Origin: Octopus bimaculoides
Taxonomy: Eukaryota
Direction of reading: 5' to 3'
DNA length: 55,098 nucleotides
Assembly (NCBI RefSeq): GCF_001194135.2
Contig: NC_068984.1
Span: forward strand, 22,522,898 to 22,577,995
Shown: positions 1 through 13,748 of the stretch, piece after piece
Position numbering within the stretch: position 1 is the first letter of the stretch
Layout of the letters: each line of letters starts with the position of its first letter
Notes under the pieces: model-generated
The model's input: the letters and a program-made list of their open reading frames with translations, nothing else
What the model was told of the DNA's origin: nothing
Database searches by the model: none
Made by a program: the position numbers and the translations under genes

Positions 1-113
1 TATATATATATATGTATGTATGTATGTATGCATATAGATACGTATACTATATATATACACACACACACACACACACTCACACATACACACACTCACACAC
101 ACTCACACACACG

Positions 114-172
<59 letters not shown>

Positions 173-282
173 CATATATATGTATGTATATAGATACGTT
201 TATATATATATACATACACATGTATATGTATATATATTTATGTATATATTACATATATGTATATACATACATGCACATACAC

Positions 283-356
<74 letters not shown>

Positions 357-615
357 CGCAATTATAAATATGGGCATGTATACATAGCAATGTGCATGTA
401 TATTCACATAGGTTAATAAATATGGAAACCGATAAAGTTATAGATATATGTGTTTGTATATACATATGTATATATAAATGCATGTACGTGTATTAATATA
501 TATACATAAACATCTACATACATGTGTGCGTATTTATATATATGCGTGTGTATATATACCTTATATACATATATATTTGTGTTTATGTATTTGTATATAT
601 ATGCGTGTACGCTTG

Positions 616-655
<40 letters not shown>
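1..655. repeat. Compound (TA)n/(CA)n/(TATG)n microsatellite block
   Basis: Direct reading; explains the YI/TH-rich ORFs at 12-822. Confidence 0.95.
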
Positions 656-656
<1 letters not shown>

Positions 657-1050
657 GATTTTTATCCATTTTACTTATTTTGTATATATATTTGTGATTT
701 CTATGCCATGGTTCCATTATTGTTATTTTGCTATTTGTAGCATTTATTTTTTATTTTTCTTCGTTTTTTGTCCTGAAAATATGGAAAACTGTTTCAAACA
801 CACTGCAAAAATAATCCATTAATATTTTTTCGTCACGAAATGAAATAATTTGCACGAATGAATGTAAAAAATATTATTAACAATGTTTTGTCATAATTTC
901 ATATTACAAAAGAAGCAACATTCCGTTCTATTTCTATTAACTTACTTAATTATGAATTAATAATTCAGTTTTATTTTCAAAATAATTATTATAATTGTTA
1001 TTTTTATGAATTTGGATCTCTTTCTACTTTCCTTCTTCCTTCTACTCGGT

Positions 1051-1218
<168 letters not shown>

Positions 1219-1869
1219 GATCAGATGTGTCAGACATTTTAGTTTTCTATTTGTTTTTGCATTTCAATTTCTCACCAAAGAAATGCTATCTCACGAAAGT
1301 GCAAATATTACTACATATCCCACAGAGAAAAAACAAAATGAAAACCAAATAAAATTTTATTGAACAGAAAGACTTACTTTACACGGAAAAATAACAAGTT
1401 ATTTAAAGTGAAAATCTTTACTTGAAGCAACTAAATCAAACTGTTAGCATCAAACAGTATAACACAAACTTATTTTACAAGACAGGGAAACCAAGTCAGT
1501 TTTAATTAGTGAAAGAGACGGGACATAAAACAATTCTTTTATTGGTGATGCTAGAGATAGAGAAAATTAAGATTACGATTAGGCAGAGGAGCCTATACAT
1601 AACTGAGATATTTGATGAAGGTAATAGCTTCCATGAAAAAGTTTTGTGTAAGAGTAAGCTAGAATGAATATTTCATATCTTTGTAAATTTAAAAATGAAG
1701 GAACTTTGGATATATCCGCAAAGTAATAGATGTATGTTGCCGTGCGGAGCAATGATTTCTGTTTATGTTGTTGTAGAGCTTGAGGTTATGGAACTGCATG
1801 CTTCTTTTAGCAAACTGAGGATAAGATGAGGAAATAGATTATCCATTAAACACACTTCCACAATAACCG

Positions 1870-2050
<181 letters not shown>

Positions 2051-2055
2051 TCTTT

Positions 2056-2170
2056 ACAGTTGTTATTCCAATGTCATCTCGGCCTTCCAAAGGAGTTAAC
2101 TATCACCCAATTTCACTCACCTCCCATATCTTCATATTATTTGAAAAGGTGATGAGATCCATGATAATTG
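2056..2170 (+). mobile_element. Short LINE reverse transcriptase fragment (CR1/L2/Jockey-like)
   Basis: Translates from 2056 as TVVIPMSSRPSKGVNYHPISLTSHIFILFEKVMRSMII, resembling the NYRPISLTS...FE motif at the start of APE-LINE RT domains; sandwiched between microsatellites. Confidence 0.6.
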
Positions 2171-2289
2171 GCGTGTGTGAATGTGTGTGTGTATGTACGT
2201 ATGTATGTATGTATGTATGTATATATGTATGTATATAAGTATGTGTCCTCGCTTATTCCTCGATCACATTTCATTTCTTGTTGCTTTGA

Positions 2290-3003
2290 CTACAACCTTC
2301 GTATCTCCCACTTCAAATCCTCTGGGTGGTTATTTTTTTCTTGTTTCACTTTGATTCTGTTGTCTATTATCATACATGTTCTTTCCTTTTCATTGGTCAC
2401 AACGATGTCCGGTTTCCGACGTCTGGTAGGGTGATCGCACTGGATTTTGCAATTCTCATTTTCAGTGACTCCTGAAATTTTATCATTCCATGTATTTGCT
2501 CTTCGTAAGTTGTAATTTCCACAGAGCTCCCAATGGATCATTCTTGCCACATTGTCATGGCGTCTTCTGTAATAGCGCTGTGCCAATTGCGGACATTCTT
2601 TAACAATGTGCCATACTGTTTAACCCCTCTCACCACACATTCTGCATTTGTTGCTATCGGTAGTATTATCTATTCTGCACTTCATATTATTGGTCCATAA
2701 TGCTTGTTACTGAGCTGCGCATATGAGTGCTTCGGTCTCTAGCTTCAGGTCACTTCCCCTCATCCATAGCCACCTGTTCTCTGTATCTGTCTTGGCGTTC
2801 ACATCACTTGCTATCTAAACGTACATTTTCTTTTTCTTGCATGCTTTTTCTTTTTTTTTTTTTGTCATTTTGTTCATTTCTTGTTAAAATTTTTCTTTAG
2901 TTACATAATTTTCAGTTTTGATGACGCCGGCCTTCTTTGTGTATTTCGACAGTGGCTCTACCGCATTTTTTATATACCACCCTAGGCTGTTCCCCTCTGC
3001 ATG
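2290..3003 (-). mobile_element. Dong/R4-clade (RLE) non-LTR retrotransposon fragment 1, ORF C-terminal part
   Basis: Minus translation: EGNSLGWYIKNAVEPL...WLWMRGSDLKLETEALICAAQ*QAL...KCRMCGERG*TVWHIVKECPQLAQRYYRRRHDNVARMIHWELC...RKPDIVV...LKWEIRRL. This is a CCHC knuckle plus PD-type restriction-like endonuclease, with in-frame stops. The 5' end abuts the (TAA)n array at 3004. Confidence 0.85.
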
Positions 3004-3116
<113 letters not shown>

Positions 3117-3349
3117 ATTTGCTGCGGAGTACATCGGACGTGTTTTTGAACGGTCCAATTAAGAACTTTTGAAAAAAATTGTTTACACCCGTTTGGTGCC
3201 GTTTTTCCGGTTTTCATTTTGTTCCAAGTTGTTAATAGGCACACCAGGAACCTGTCACTGGGTTTCCATGCTTGTTTGGTCCCTCGTGGAGCTATATTCG
3301 GCACCCGAAATAAGTACGGTGGGCGTTTAATCATATATAATTCAACAAG

Positions 3350-4193
3350 TTGGCGGAGTTCAGTTTCAAAGTGTTAAGAAAAGAAACTGCCCCTCTGGCA
3401 GGTCTCGTGAGTGCTGAAGATTTCCCTCCCCTTCCCTCTGTTACTGGCAACAATACAGGAGAAGGGAGGGAGAAAAGGGAGCGAGAAACTGTACAACGTC
3501 CACCTCGCAATATCAGCAGTACCAACATCGACAACAGCAGTGGTAGCGGTGAGAGCAACGGCAGCAGCAGCAGCAGCAGCAGCAATGACAGCACCAGCAG
3601 TGACAGTAGTAGTAAAGGTGGTCACGACAACACGAGAAATAGCAGCAGCAGCAGCAGCAGCAGCGGAGGAAGTGACAGTAGTAGCAGAGATAGAATTTTC
3701 GTTAACAATGCTACGGATGTTAACAGAAAAAATAATGCTACAATTGAAAAGAGAGTGGAGAGTGGCAACGGGGGAAATGACCAACACTACACTAACACCA
3801 CCGACAGCAACAGCAGCAGTAACAACGGCGACGGCAACAACAACAAAAAGAATAACAAAAATGAAAGATTTGCTGATGTAGCAAACAGAAAGAGAAACAC
3901 GTCTGCCATCGTACTCGATGACAAAACACGTGACGTCTCAAAAGTGAAAGACATCATTAACCTTGAAGAGAGTAAAGCTGCTGTGCTCGTACCTCCGGAA
4001 TTATGGAGGCAAAAGAAAGATGCGCATCACACAAAAGTATGACAGCTGACAGCCTCCATCAGTCACGTTGAGAAGGCCCTCAGAGAAATTTTAATAGATG
4101 TTGCCCATATACAGAGAGAGAGGCAGTTTGCCAGCATTGAGGTCCTTTTTTAAAATGAGGAACTGGAACGAAGACACGCATTGAGAAGTGGGT
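3350..4193 (+). pseudogene. Tx1-like ORF1 remnant with Ser/Asn low-complexity tract
   Basis: 230-codon open frame starting TTG (caagTTGgcgg, plausibly a mutated ATG). The frame continues past TGA 4040-4042 and a second stop (QLTASISHVEKALREILIDVAHIQRERQFASIEVLF*NEELERRHALRSG). ORF1 identity is inferred from its position in the element. Confidence 0.55.
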
Positions 4194-4600
4194 TGTGTAT
4201 CCCACCTTTGCCCCACTTTGTGCCTGTTAAAGTCGGAGCGCTTGCTCTTCCACTTTCTCTGGAAGGGACGTGTTCCGCTCGTCAGATGCTCCTTCTGCTG
4301 TCAACAGCCGCTAAGTGGAGGACTGGGCATGCCGTGGATAATGATGCGCAGACATACGCTAAGGTTCCGAATTTCCCACTGTTTCCTTAACGGTGAGCAG
4401 GCGTGGTCGCTGTTCGTCAAACGGGACTTCACGTAGTTCATCTCATTGTTAGAGCTCCAGTCCTGGGTCAAGCGTAGACCAAGAAAGGACGCCTGGCACC
4501 TGGAGTGTGGGTTAGCGCTTACAGGCTTCTGCCAGCCGAGCAACGCGGTCAGTGGAAGTTCCACCAAGGAGTGAAAGAGCGATGACGTACCAGGAGACAC
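4194..4600 (+). pseudogene. Tx1-like ORF2 C-terminal remnant
   Basis: Frame of ORF 4188-4436 continues through a stop as FISLLELQSWVKRRPRKDAWHLECGLAL. Confidence 0.65.
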
Positions 4601-4763
4601 TCTTATAACGTGATAGATACTGTATAGGTGCTGAATTGCATCGATAAAAAAATATCACTCGCTCATTTGCCAAAGAAAACTAGAGGCTGAATGACATACA
4701 CGGCAAAGGTAACAATTCATACACACACTGTATATTATATCTACGTATAAATATATATATGGG

Positions 4764-4766
<3 letters not shown>

Positions 4767-4837
<71 letters not shown>

Positions 4838-4843
4838 CACGTG
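4767..4843. repeat. (TG)n microsatellite
   Basis: Direct reading. Confidence 0.95.
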
Positions 4844-6874
4844 TAGGTATGTGATTATTTTCTCACTTGCTTTACATGAAAGGAAACGCAAGTAGTTTCG
4901 CTCCAGCCCTCTCACGCTGCTGTGTGTTGCACGAAAACTTTCTGTTAGACGGAAAACGAAGCTAGTGGAGGAATACTTCGATAACGACGATGAAACACTT
5001 GTCAAATGAAGTTACGTTAAATGGAACTAAACTTACGCTTATTCATTATATCCTTCTAGCTTTAAGAAAGTAGTACGTAGAAATGAAGTAGAACAATGAA
5101 TGCATGATCGAGAGAATATGAGTGTATGCGCGCATATATATATATATATATATATGTGTGTGGGTGTGTGTGTGGGTGTGTGTGTGTGTGTGTGTGTGCG
5201 TGAATAATTGAGTAACTGGCCTTTCTCTAAGAATTAAAAAAAATAATTCTAGTATCTTTTGAACGAAAGGGTTGGTATGAAGCTATGGAAATCCATTTAA
5301 ATGAACTTCGTGAAATATATCTTCTGCCGGTTGACTACTAATCAGATTTACCATAGTCTTACGTAAATGGTATAAGACACAGAATTCTTTGTGTTCAAAG
5401 AAGACAAAAACACAGATGAGTGAATTAAATGTTTATGTATATCTGTCTGCAAGGTTAAGAAAACATCATTATTCCCAGAGTTCTCTTATATTTCAGAGAT
5501 AGATGCTAGCAAAATTAACCATGGAAAACAACTTTTATGTCAATGCGACTACTAATACCTTTAAACGATGTACTCGTTCCAGTAAACCTATTTAAAACTA
5601 TTATAGCATTTCTGGCACACTTCTTTCTGCACATCTATAACGTGAAATGGAAGGTTTTAATTGCCCTTTCAGTCTAAATTCAGTGATAAACCATGTTAAT
5701 GGAGATGTTGCATATTTGAAGTAAGTCTAGTCTTTCCTTTTAAATGCTATTATACAGAGTGCTTTTGTTTCCTATGTAGTCATATTAAGTTTAGCGGGAG
5801 ATGATCGCGCGTTTGGATTATATAATAACTTCTAAATTGGTTTATTATTGGAGATAAATAGCTGTAACAGCAAATTGTAAATTGTTCAGTGGTATTTGTT
5901 GTGGAATGTTTCGGCTATAATGAATACAAATGTCTCTAATTATTGGATAATATTAAGATACCTTTGTCTCCGTGTTTAACTGTCTGAATGCATAGTTAAG
6001 TTAAAGAATGTGAATGGAACTTAATTGCTAAATAGCATAATAAATGATCCTATGGAAGAGAGTCAACACAAGATGTCGAACAACGAAAAAATGAAGAGAG
6101 CACATTTGCTATCGTCAACGAACTTATATTGACATAGTGATAATTTTGAAGGGCTTGTGCCTTTATATGTGTCTTGTACAATGGTTGAATTAAGAAGATG
6201 AGAAACATTTCAATTAAGCCTATCAATATAACTGTGACCATTGCACGTGTATAGTAGATTATAGACGAAGAAATTAGAATAGTGAAAGCATCCCCGTTTT
6301 CAAGCACAAACTGAACAGAAACACAAACTGTAATTGGTTTTATTACACAATTCTCTACGATATAAAGGGACTAAATTATAATTTGTGGTCTTTATATTTT
6401 TTTTAACAGAACACATGCTGCAAACACTGGCACATAGACGTGCTGCTTTCTCATTATACCACTCTTATCGATATAATATTAACCTTTTTTCATTGGAGGT
6501 GATTGGTCTCACCAAGACTGAAGCACACCAACCTTGCAGCTTAAAATTCGCGAAAATCAAATTTCGCCAATTCCCTCTTCTATAGAATGGTGACCCACTT
6601 GAAGTCTATCCCAAAACTACGTATACTTTGTCCTGTAACAGTCAAATTAAAGCCGACTAGTAACCCAGTCGATTGCAGTTGTCGGACTACAGCTCTAGCT
6701 TACGGGAAAATAGATTTCACTCTCTTTCTACTTCTTTCCTTCTCTCTCTCGCCGTATATGCGTATACGTGTATATGTAAATGTATGTATATCTGTCTGTT
6801 TACCAATATTCATATATACATGCATACATACATACACACACACACACGCATATATATATGTGTGTGTGTGTGTA

Positions 6875-6909
<35 letters not shown>

Positions 6910-7170
6910 ATATATGTGCGTATGTGTCTGTGTGCGTATGTACTATACGTATACATGTACAGTCATAGGCGAAACTAGATCTAGTTACGGAACCTGAAAG
7001 TGGTCATGTTGCGGTTATCTCTGTCACCATGTGTAAACACATTCAGCGCTCGTCCTACAACATTAAGAGTATTCTAATTCTTATTTCTAGCAATGTACGT
7101 GCTCCGGCACCCTTAGTAACAGTTATTGATCAGACCACGCATATATCAAAATACGAATCTGGAAAAATAA

Positions 7171-7358
7171 TCTTTTCTACGCTAGGCACAAGGCCCGAAA
7201 TTTTTTTTTTGGGGGGGGGGGGGTGTCAGTCGATTAGATCGATCTCAGTACGCCACTAGTACTTAATTTATCGAACCCGGAAGGATGAAAGGCAAAGTCG
7301 ACATAGCGGAATTTGAGCTCACAACTTAAGACAGACGAAATACTGCCAGCTCACCACC
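7171..7358 (-). mobile_element. SINE family A (tRNA-derived, octopus-type), tail type B
   Basis: Reverse complement of the core TTTGCCTTTCATCCTTTCGGGGTCGATAAATTAAGTAC shared with copies at 10066, 33384 and 41035. Confidence 0.8.
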
Positions 7359-7481
7359 TTAGGAGTCTGGAAAAACAATATACCAGCTATATACTGATTT
7401 GGAATACTGGTATAAGCTGATGTGTTTCAAGAGGACAAAGCTTGGATTTTAACCACGTATGCATATATATATGGATATATA

Positions 7482-8181
7482 NNNNNNNNNNNNNNNNNNN
7501 NNNNNNNNNNNNNNNNNNNNNNNNNNNNNNNNNNNNNNNNNNNNNNNNNNNNNNNNNNNNNNNNNNNNNNNNNNNNNNNNNNNNNNNNNNNNNNNNNNNN
7601 NNNNNNNNNNNNNNNNNNNNNNNNNNNNNNNNNNNNNNNNNNNNNNNNNNNNNNNNNNNNNNNNNNNNNNNNNNNNNNNNNNNNNNNNNNNNNNNNNNNN
7701 NNNNNNNNNNNNNNNNNNNNNNNNNNNNNNNNNNNNNNNNNNNNNNNNNNNNNNNNNNNNNNNNNNNNNNNNNNNNNNNNNNNNNNNNNNNNNNNNNNNN
7801 NNNNNNNNNNNNNNNNNNNNNNNNNNNNNNNNNNNNNNNNNNNNNNNNNNNNNNNNNNNNNNNNNNNNNNNNNNNNNNNNNNNNNNNNNNNNNNNNNNNN
7901 NNNNNNNNNNNNNNNNNNNNNNNNNNNNNNNNNNNNNNNNNNNNNNNNNNNNNNNNNNNNNNNNNNNNNNNNNNNNNNNNNNNNNNNNNNNNNNNNNNNN
8001 NNNNNNNNNNNNNNNNNNNNNNNNNNNNNNNNNNNNNNNNNNNNNNNNNNNNNNNNNNNNNNNNNNNNNNNNNNNNNNNNNNNNNNNNNNNNNNNNNNNN
8101 NNNNNNNNNNNNNNNNNNNNNNNNNNNNNNNNNNNNNNNNNNNNNNNNNNNNNNNNNNNNNNNNNNNNNNNNNNNNNNNNN
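7482..8181. other. Assembly gap (N run); further gaps at 10334-10676, 11830-12152, 14227-14286, 26069-~26731, 34308-34317, 38880-38889, 51589-52036
   Basis: N runs with simple repeats on one or both sides. Confidence 0.98.
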
Positions 8182-8318
8182 ATACGTTTTATCATATTTA
8201 TCTTATATTTACTTTGCTTTATATTATACTCATTTATTGTGCTTTTAATTGTTAATTTTTCTATATGTGATAGTGGATTCTCATCGATGAGTTCTTGAAA
8301 CTTGGTTATTTTCCCTAA

Positions 8319-8360
<42 letters not shown>

Positions 8361-9002
8361 CTGCTTTCTTTTCTAGTATCCTGGAAGCTGTCCTGCAGAA
8401 GTACTCTTACTCTAAGCATTACTTCCATCAATCACAAACAGATACATACGGTCTTTATCAAACATATTTTTTCAGTTCAATATAAATTCGTAAGCGCACA
8501 CACTAATATATAAATATACATATACATATACATTTATGCGCTTCGGCCTAAAGGCTGGATGGATGTGTATCTTTCATAGGCGAAACATGTAAAAACTGCG
8601 AGAAGTGTTAAACAGGTGCGTTTGAAGAAAACTGCACCCGAATTTCATTGACACCCCATTCTAACTTTCATGGAATTAGCAGTGAAGCATTGGATTACTA
8701 CAATTCTTTATTTGTAAGCCTTTAACATGGAATATATTGTATTTAATTCGTTGTTGTTTTAACATTTATAATAAATACATTCATGTTTATGCATCTGATA
8801 TATTTGTTGCGCGTCTATATATATTCAACTTGAAGAATATTTCATCAAAGCGTTATCTATTTATTTATTTATTTATTTATCAACAATTCATAAAGTTAAG
8901 CTAGTTGCTTCGCTATCACATATTACTACGACGCTCCAATGAATCTAATTCCTTTACAAAAATTGTCAAAATTTCATCTTTCCAACCCTTGCTTTTCTAA
9001 CT

Positions 9003-9050
<48 letters not shown>

Positions 9051-10065
9051 ATATATATTCATATTTATATTTATACTGATGAATACTGAAATTTATTGAT
9101 GAAACCTTAAACTTGTAAATTTATGTATAATATTGTGAAGAAATAAAATGTTTCAATGCATCCTATACTATAACAAAAGCGCTGTTTTAACGCCTACAAA
9201 GTACTGAAAACCGCGCCGTTATGAAAGAATACTCTTTTTAAGTATCATTGTTTCTGACTTTCTACCTGTCTATCTGTCACTCTTTCTCTTCCTCAGTCTC
9301 TCTCTGTCTCTCTCTCTTCCCTCTTTCTCTCTCTGTCTTACTGCAGTTATTTCTTTCTTTCCGTCTCTCCCTTCCTACAGTAATTTCTTTACTTCTGTCT
9401 CTCTCTCCCCCTGCAGTCATTACGACCGTTTTCTCAACACGATATTGACTACTGCTTCTTAATAACACACTGCTTAGATAGAACATCTAACAGAGCTTGG
9501 TAAGAAAATCCCCGAAGAGAATTCATGACACATCGACTTTATTCAAAGCAAATTAATTTCATTAGTGGTTTCTTTTCAGAACACACTAATCCTGTTAGTT
9601 TTGATGGTCTTCATTTCCATCTATCTTACATGAAATAAGCTGTCATGCAAAGGCTTTGGCTTCATGTCTACATAAATGACATTCATATATGCATTTCTGT
9701 GGATATATAACTTAATAACGCGAGATTCCTACATTACTTCTTCGCCTTAGAATGGTATCTTCGAATATTTTTCTCCATATATCAGCGATGATTAATGTAT
9801 ATAGTTATGATTTACAAATGATACATACTACGCTCTACGTCATTAATGAGGAATTTCAACATCCCCAACAATCTCGTACGAAAGATCGAAGCCAAAACCA
9901 ACGTGGTATCTCTGACCTTTGAGTGAAACTGTTTAAATAAAACATGTTTATTGTCCCTATATTTGAAGTTCTAATGAACAGTGGAATTGACGAAACAACA
10001 GTGATAGAAAATATTCTGGGGTGAAAGCATCATGAGAATCTTTTATATTACAATATTTATAAATA

Positions 10066-10280
10066 GGAGGCGAGCTGGCAGAAATGCTTAGCGGTATTTC
10101 GTCTGCCGTTACGTGCTGAGTTCAAACTCCGCCGAGGTCGACTTTGCCTTTCATCCTTTCGGGGTCGATTAAATAAGTACCAGTTATGCACTGGGGGTGG
10201 ATTTTAATCGACTCAATCCCTTTGTCTGTCCTTTTTATTCCCTCTATGTTTAGCCCCCTATGGGCAATAAAGACATAAAT
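10066..10280 (+). mobile_element. SINE family A, tail type A
   Basis: GGCGAGCTGGCAGAA head, GAGTTCAAA B-box-like motif, conserved core; tail runs into (CTAT)n/(TA)n. Confidence 0.85.
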
Positions 10281-10696
10281 ATCTATCTATCTATATATAG
10301 TGGGGTATATATATATGTGTGTGTGTGTGTGTGNNNNNNNNNNNNNNNNNNNNNNNNNNNNNNNNNNNNNNNNNNNNNNNNNNNNNNNNNNNNNNNNNNN
10401 NNNNNNNNNNNNNNNNNNNNNNNNNNNNNNNNNNNNNNNNNNNNNNNNNNNNNNNNNNNNNNNNNNNNNNNNNNNNNNNNNNNNNNNNNNNNNNNNNNNN
10501 NNNNNNNNNNNNNNNNNNNNNNNNNNNNNNNNNNNNNNNNNNNNNNNNNNNNNNNNNNNNNNNNNNNNNNNNNNNNNNNNNNNNNNNNNNNNNNNNNNNN
10601 NNNNNNNNNNNNNNNNNNNNNNNNNNNNNNNNNNNNNNNNNNNNNNNNNNNNNNNNNNNNNNNNNNNNNNNNNNNNGAGAGAGAGAGAGAGAGTGG

Positions 10697-11180
10697 AAAA
10701 ATTTAATCGGCACTAATTGTGCCTAAGGGTGCCGAAGTATCTGCATTGCAAAAATTGAGAGTTAGAAACTCTTCGTGTTGTAATACATATACACTGACAG
10801 TCCTCATGAACATCTCTGTGATCACTAGACTAGACTAGTTTCACCTATCAGTCGTAGGATCGTCAGTAGTGACTACTCAAACGCTCGATGGTTTGGCTAA
10901 ATCCGGCAGTCAGTATATATATTCTTACCACAAAAATTTATGGCTGATTTAAGGAAACACTAATGCGTATATTAAAAATAAATACAAAGAGCCATGCGCA
11001 ATATAATCCTATAAAGGAAAAAATATAATCGTCACTAATTGTGGCAGAGGGTGTCGAAGCACCAATATTGCAAGATATAAGAGTTAAAAACTCTTTATGC
11101 CGTAGGAAGTGCGTAATACATATACACTGACTTGACGGATAACCGCCCCAAGAGCGTCTCTACGATCACTACATTAGTCT
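10697..11180. repeat. Diverged local duplication (~10697-10835 and ~11019-11180)
   Basis: Both copies share aaaa.taatcg.cactaattgtg...gagtta.aaactctt...taatacatatacactgac...tctct..gatcacta. Confidence 0.75.
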
Positions 11181-11345
11181 ACATGCATACATACATACAT
11201 ACATACATACATACATACATACATACATGCATAAATACATACATACATACATACATACATACATGCATACATATATGTGTGTTTACATATGTACATATGT
11301 GTATGCGTGTGTGTGGGCGTGGGGCGTGCGTGTGTGAGGGTGAAT

Positions 11346-11394
<49 letters not shown>

Positions 11395-11396
11395 TG

Positions 11397-11635
11397 AAGG
11401 TGCATGGCATAATGGTTATGGTATTTCACTCATGATTGAGAGATCGTGAATACGATTCCGAGACCGGGCGTTGCGCTGAGTTCTTCAGCAAAGCACTTCA
11501 TTTCACGTTGCTCTGCGATCATTTCGTCATCTAGATAAACACAAACATTTGATTACAATAAACGAATCATCTGTGTGGTTGTTCGGCAAGAAATTGCTGA
11601 ACTTTCAAACGTCGTCTAACGATGGAAGAGTCCGT
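11397..11635 (+). mobile_element. SINE family C (tRNA-like head), decayed
   Basis: tggcataatggtta...cgattcc head followed by ttc.tcagcaaagcacttcatttcacgttgctc; the same motif occurs at ~20420 and ~44320. Confidence 0.6.
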
Positions 11636-11714
11636 TATATATATTTATATTTATATATAGAATATATATAATTTTGTATTCTTGCTTTTATCTTTCAGTC
11701 ATTTGACTGGGGCC

Positions 11715-11783
<69 letters not shown>

Positions 11784-11797
11784 TGGAGGGAGAGAGA

Positions 11798-11829
<32 letters not shown>

Positions 11830-12263
11830 NNNNNNNNNNNNNNNNNNNNNNNNNNNNNNNNNNNNNNNNNNNNNNNNNNNNNNNNNNNNNNNNNNNNNNN
11901 NNNNNNNNNNNNNNNNNNNNNNNNNNNNNNNNNNNNNNNNNNNNNNNNNNNNNNNNNNNNNNNNNNNNNNNNNNNNNNNNNNNNNNNNNNNNNNNNNNNN
12001 NNNNNNNNNNNNNNNNNNNNNNNNNNNNNNNNNNNNNNNNNNNNNNNNNNNNNNNNNNNNNNNNNNNNNNNNNNNNNNNNNNNNNNNNNNNNNNNNNNNN
12101 NNNNNNNNNNNNNNNNNNNNNNNNNNNNNNNNNNNNNNNNNNNNNNNNNNNNTATATATAAATAATCGGCACCAATAGTGTGTTCCTTTCTATACGATAG
12201 TCTCCTTCAAATTTAGTGATATCTAGAATATTTGTTATTGAGAGACTGTGAGTGATAACCTAC

Positions 12264-12547
12264 ATAGCCTTGCTTTGTGTATTGGAAAGTTGAGAAAGAG
12301 AAATGATAAGTTGCAGAACAAGCAATATCATTAAGTAGTTAGGTATCACAGTTTTGGACAATGTGACGTTGTTGAAGAGATATCTGTCTTCGTGGATGTT
12401 GCGTGGAACATCAGCAGCTGCATGTGTAAAAGAACTGATTTGTTCTGCTGTTCTGGCTAATAAAAGATGGTTCAAGTGTTGGATACACTCTGTCGTTGAG
12501 AAAAATCTGCGTTGTTTCACTTTACGTTTACTCAACTGAGATAACAT
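12264..12547 (-). CDS. Candidate first coding exon of an unidentified secreted or membrane protein
   Basis: Non-repetitive 95-codon ATG ORF ending in a signal-peptide-like segment (MILLVLQLIISLSQLSNTQSKA), with a GTAGGT donor-like site at 12263-12258 that would splice before the stop. No homology recognised. Confidence 0.3.
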
Positions 12548-13705
12548 TTGTCCGTAATGTTTTGATATCAGAGAAAACGAATGCTATGCAAATAAGAAGC
12601 CAATGAGATTTTATTATTCTTGAAAATTTTCTGATATTCTCCTTCACTTCAATCATTCGCATATTTTTCATCTACTTTCTCCCTTCAATTAAACGCATTA
12701 TTCACAGCTTTCCACCTCTGAATCTTTCATTTCCCCACTTTTCTGCTACTACTCATCTCACTTCCTGTTTTTCTTACCTTCCTATAACGATCGTTTTCTT
12801 TTTCTCCTTAAGGTTGTTGAATTTTTTCCCTTTCTTTCTGGCATTAATCAGTAAATAACGTTTACAAAACTATTTTCCTCGTTTTTCTTCTTGCTTTATA
12901 TATATATTTTTTAGCCTTATGCTATTGCTAATGGTAGTGTTGTTTTTCTATATTTTCCTATATTTTTATATTCGATTCAAATAGCAATATCGTTGTTGCT
13001 ACTGTTGTTGTTGAATGTTTTTCCTGTTACACTTATCTTGTACAGCTCATATCCTCACTTTCTCAACTAATGACATTTTCTTCTTCCGATACATCATTTC
13101 TATTATATTTTTTCCCCTCGCTTTCATTTATCAACAACATCCTACAGTTAATCAAAGATTTACCTACCTTCCAGCTAATACTTTCGTAAGCCCTTGTTTT
13201 TACTTCACGGTTCTTTTCCACATTTATTTCATTTCTTTATTAATTCGCTTTTATTTGTCATCTCCTGCCCCAATTGCCCAACAAAATTCAATCAATCAAC
13301 ATTTCTTTTTTTTTTATCGACATATTCTGTTTTAGTCTTCATATTCATTTATATATTCGTTTCATTTGTTTCATTAGTGGAAACTTTATCATTTTCTCTA
13401 AAGCAGCAATTTAATAAAACAGCAGTAGAAAAACTACATGTATATACGCGTTAGCTCAGAACAATGTTAGGCTCATTTTTTATTCCTTCAATACAATATT
13501 CTCTCGAAGCACCACTTGCATTGTTTTCTTTAATATTTTTCACCGCATCCTCAATGTTTATAGTCAACATACTTATTTTCATTTTTTGAAGTTTAGCTTA
13601 GATGTTGTTTACATTTCTTCACAAACCTTATCACATTCATATCTACCAAAATTACCTTTCGTTTCGGGCATGTGCATTTAATATCAAGTTATGGGCTTTC
13701 CATGG

Positions 13706-13748
<43 letters not shown>

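Larger units (their letters stand above)
3117..4605 (+). mobile_element. Internally deleted L1/Tx1-clade LINE (5' UTR + ORF1 N-terminal half fused to ORF2 post-RT region)
   Basis: GC-richer island. An ORF1-like frame runs 3350-~4193, then switches to LLFHFLWKGRVPLVRCSFCCQQPLSGGLGMPW..., matching the L1/Tx1 post-RT F.W.....V.......GGLG motif. No endonuclease or RT core is visible between them. Confidence 0.7.

Noticed and set aside
6050-6316. Minus ORF with acceptor-like site and hydrophobic stretch
   Set aside because: Phase incompatible with the 12264 candidate donor, no recognisable homology, length within chance range.
6973-6986. 14-bp perfect palindrome AACTAGATCTAGTT
   Set aside because: A few palindromes of this size are expected by chance in 55 kb of AT-rich DNA.
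7422-8298. Long ORFs of 230-310 aa here and at 10260-10726, 11699-12178, 25848-26783, 51272-52208
   Set aside because: They are open only because N runs translate as X.
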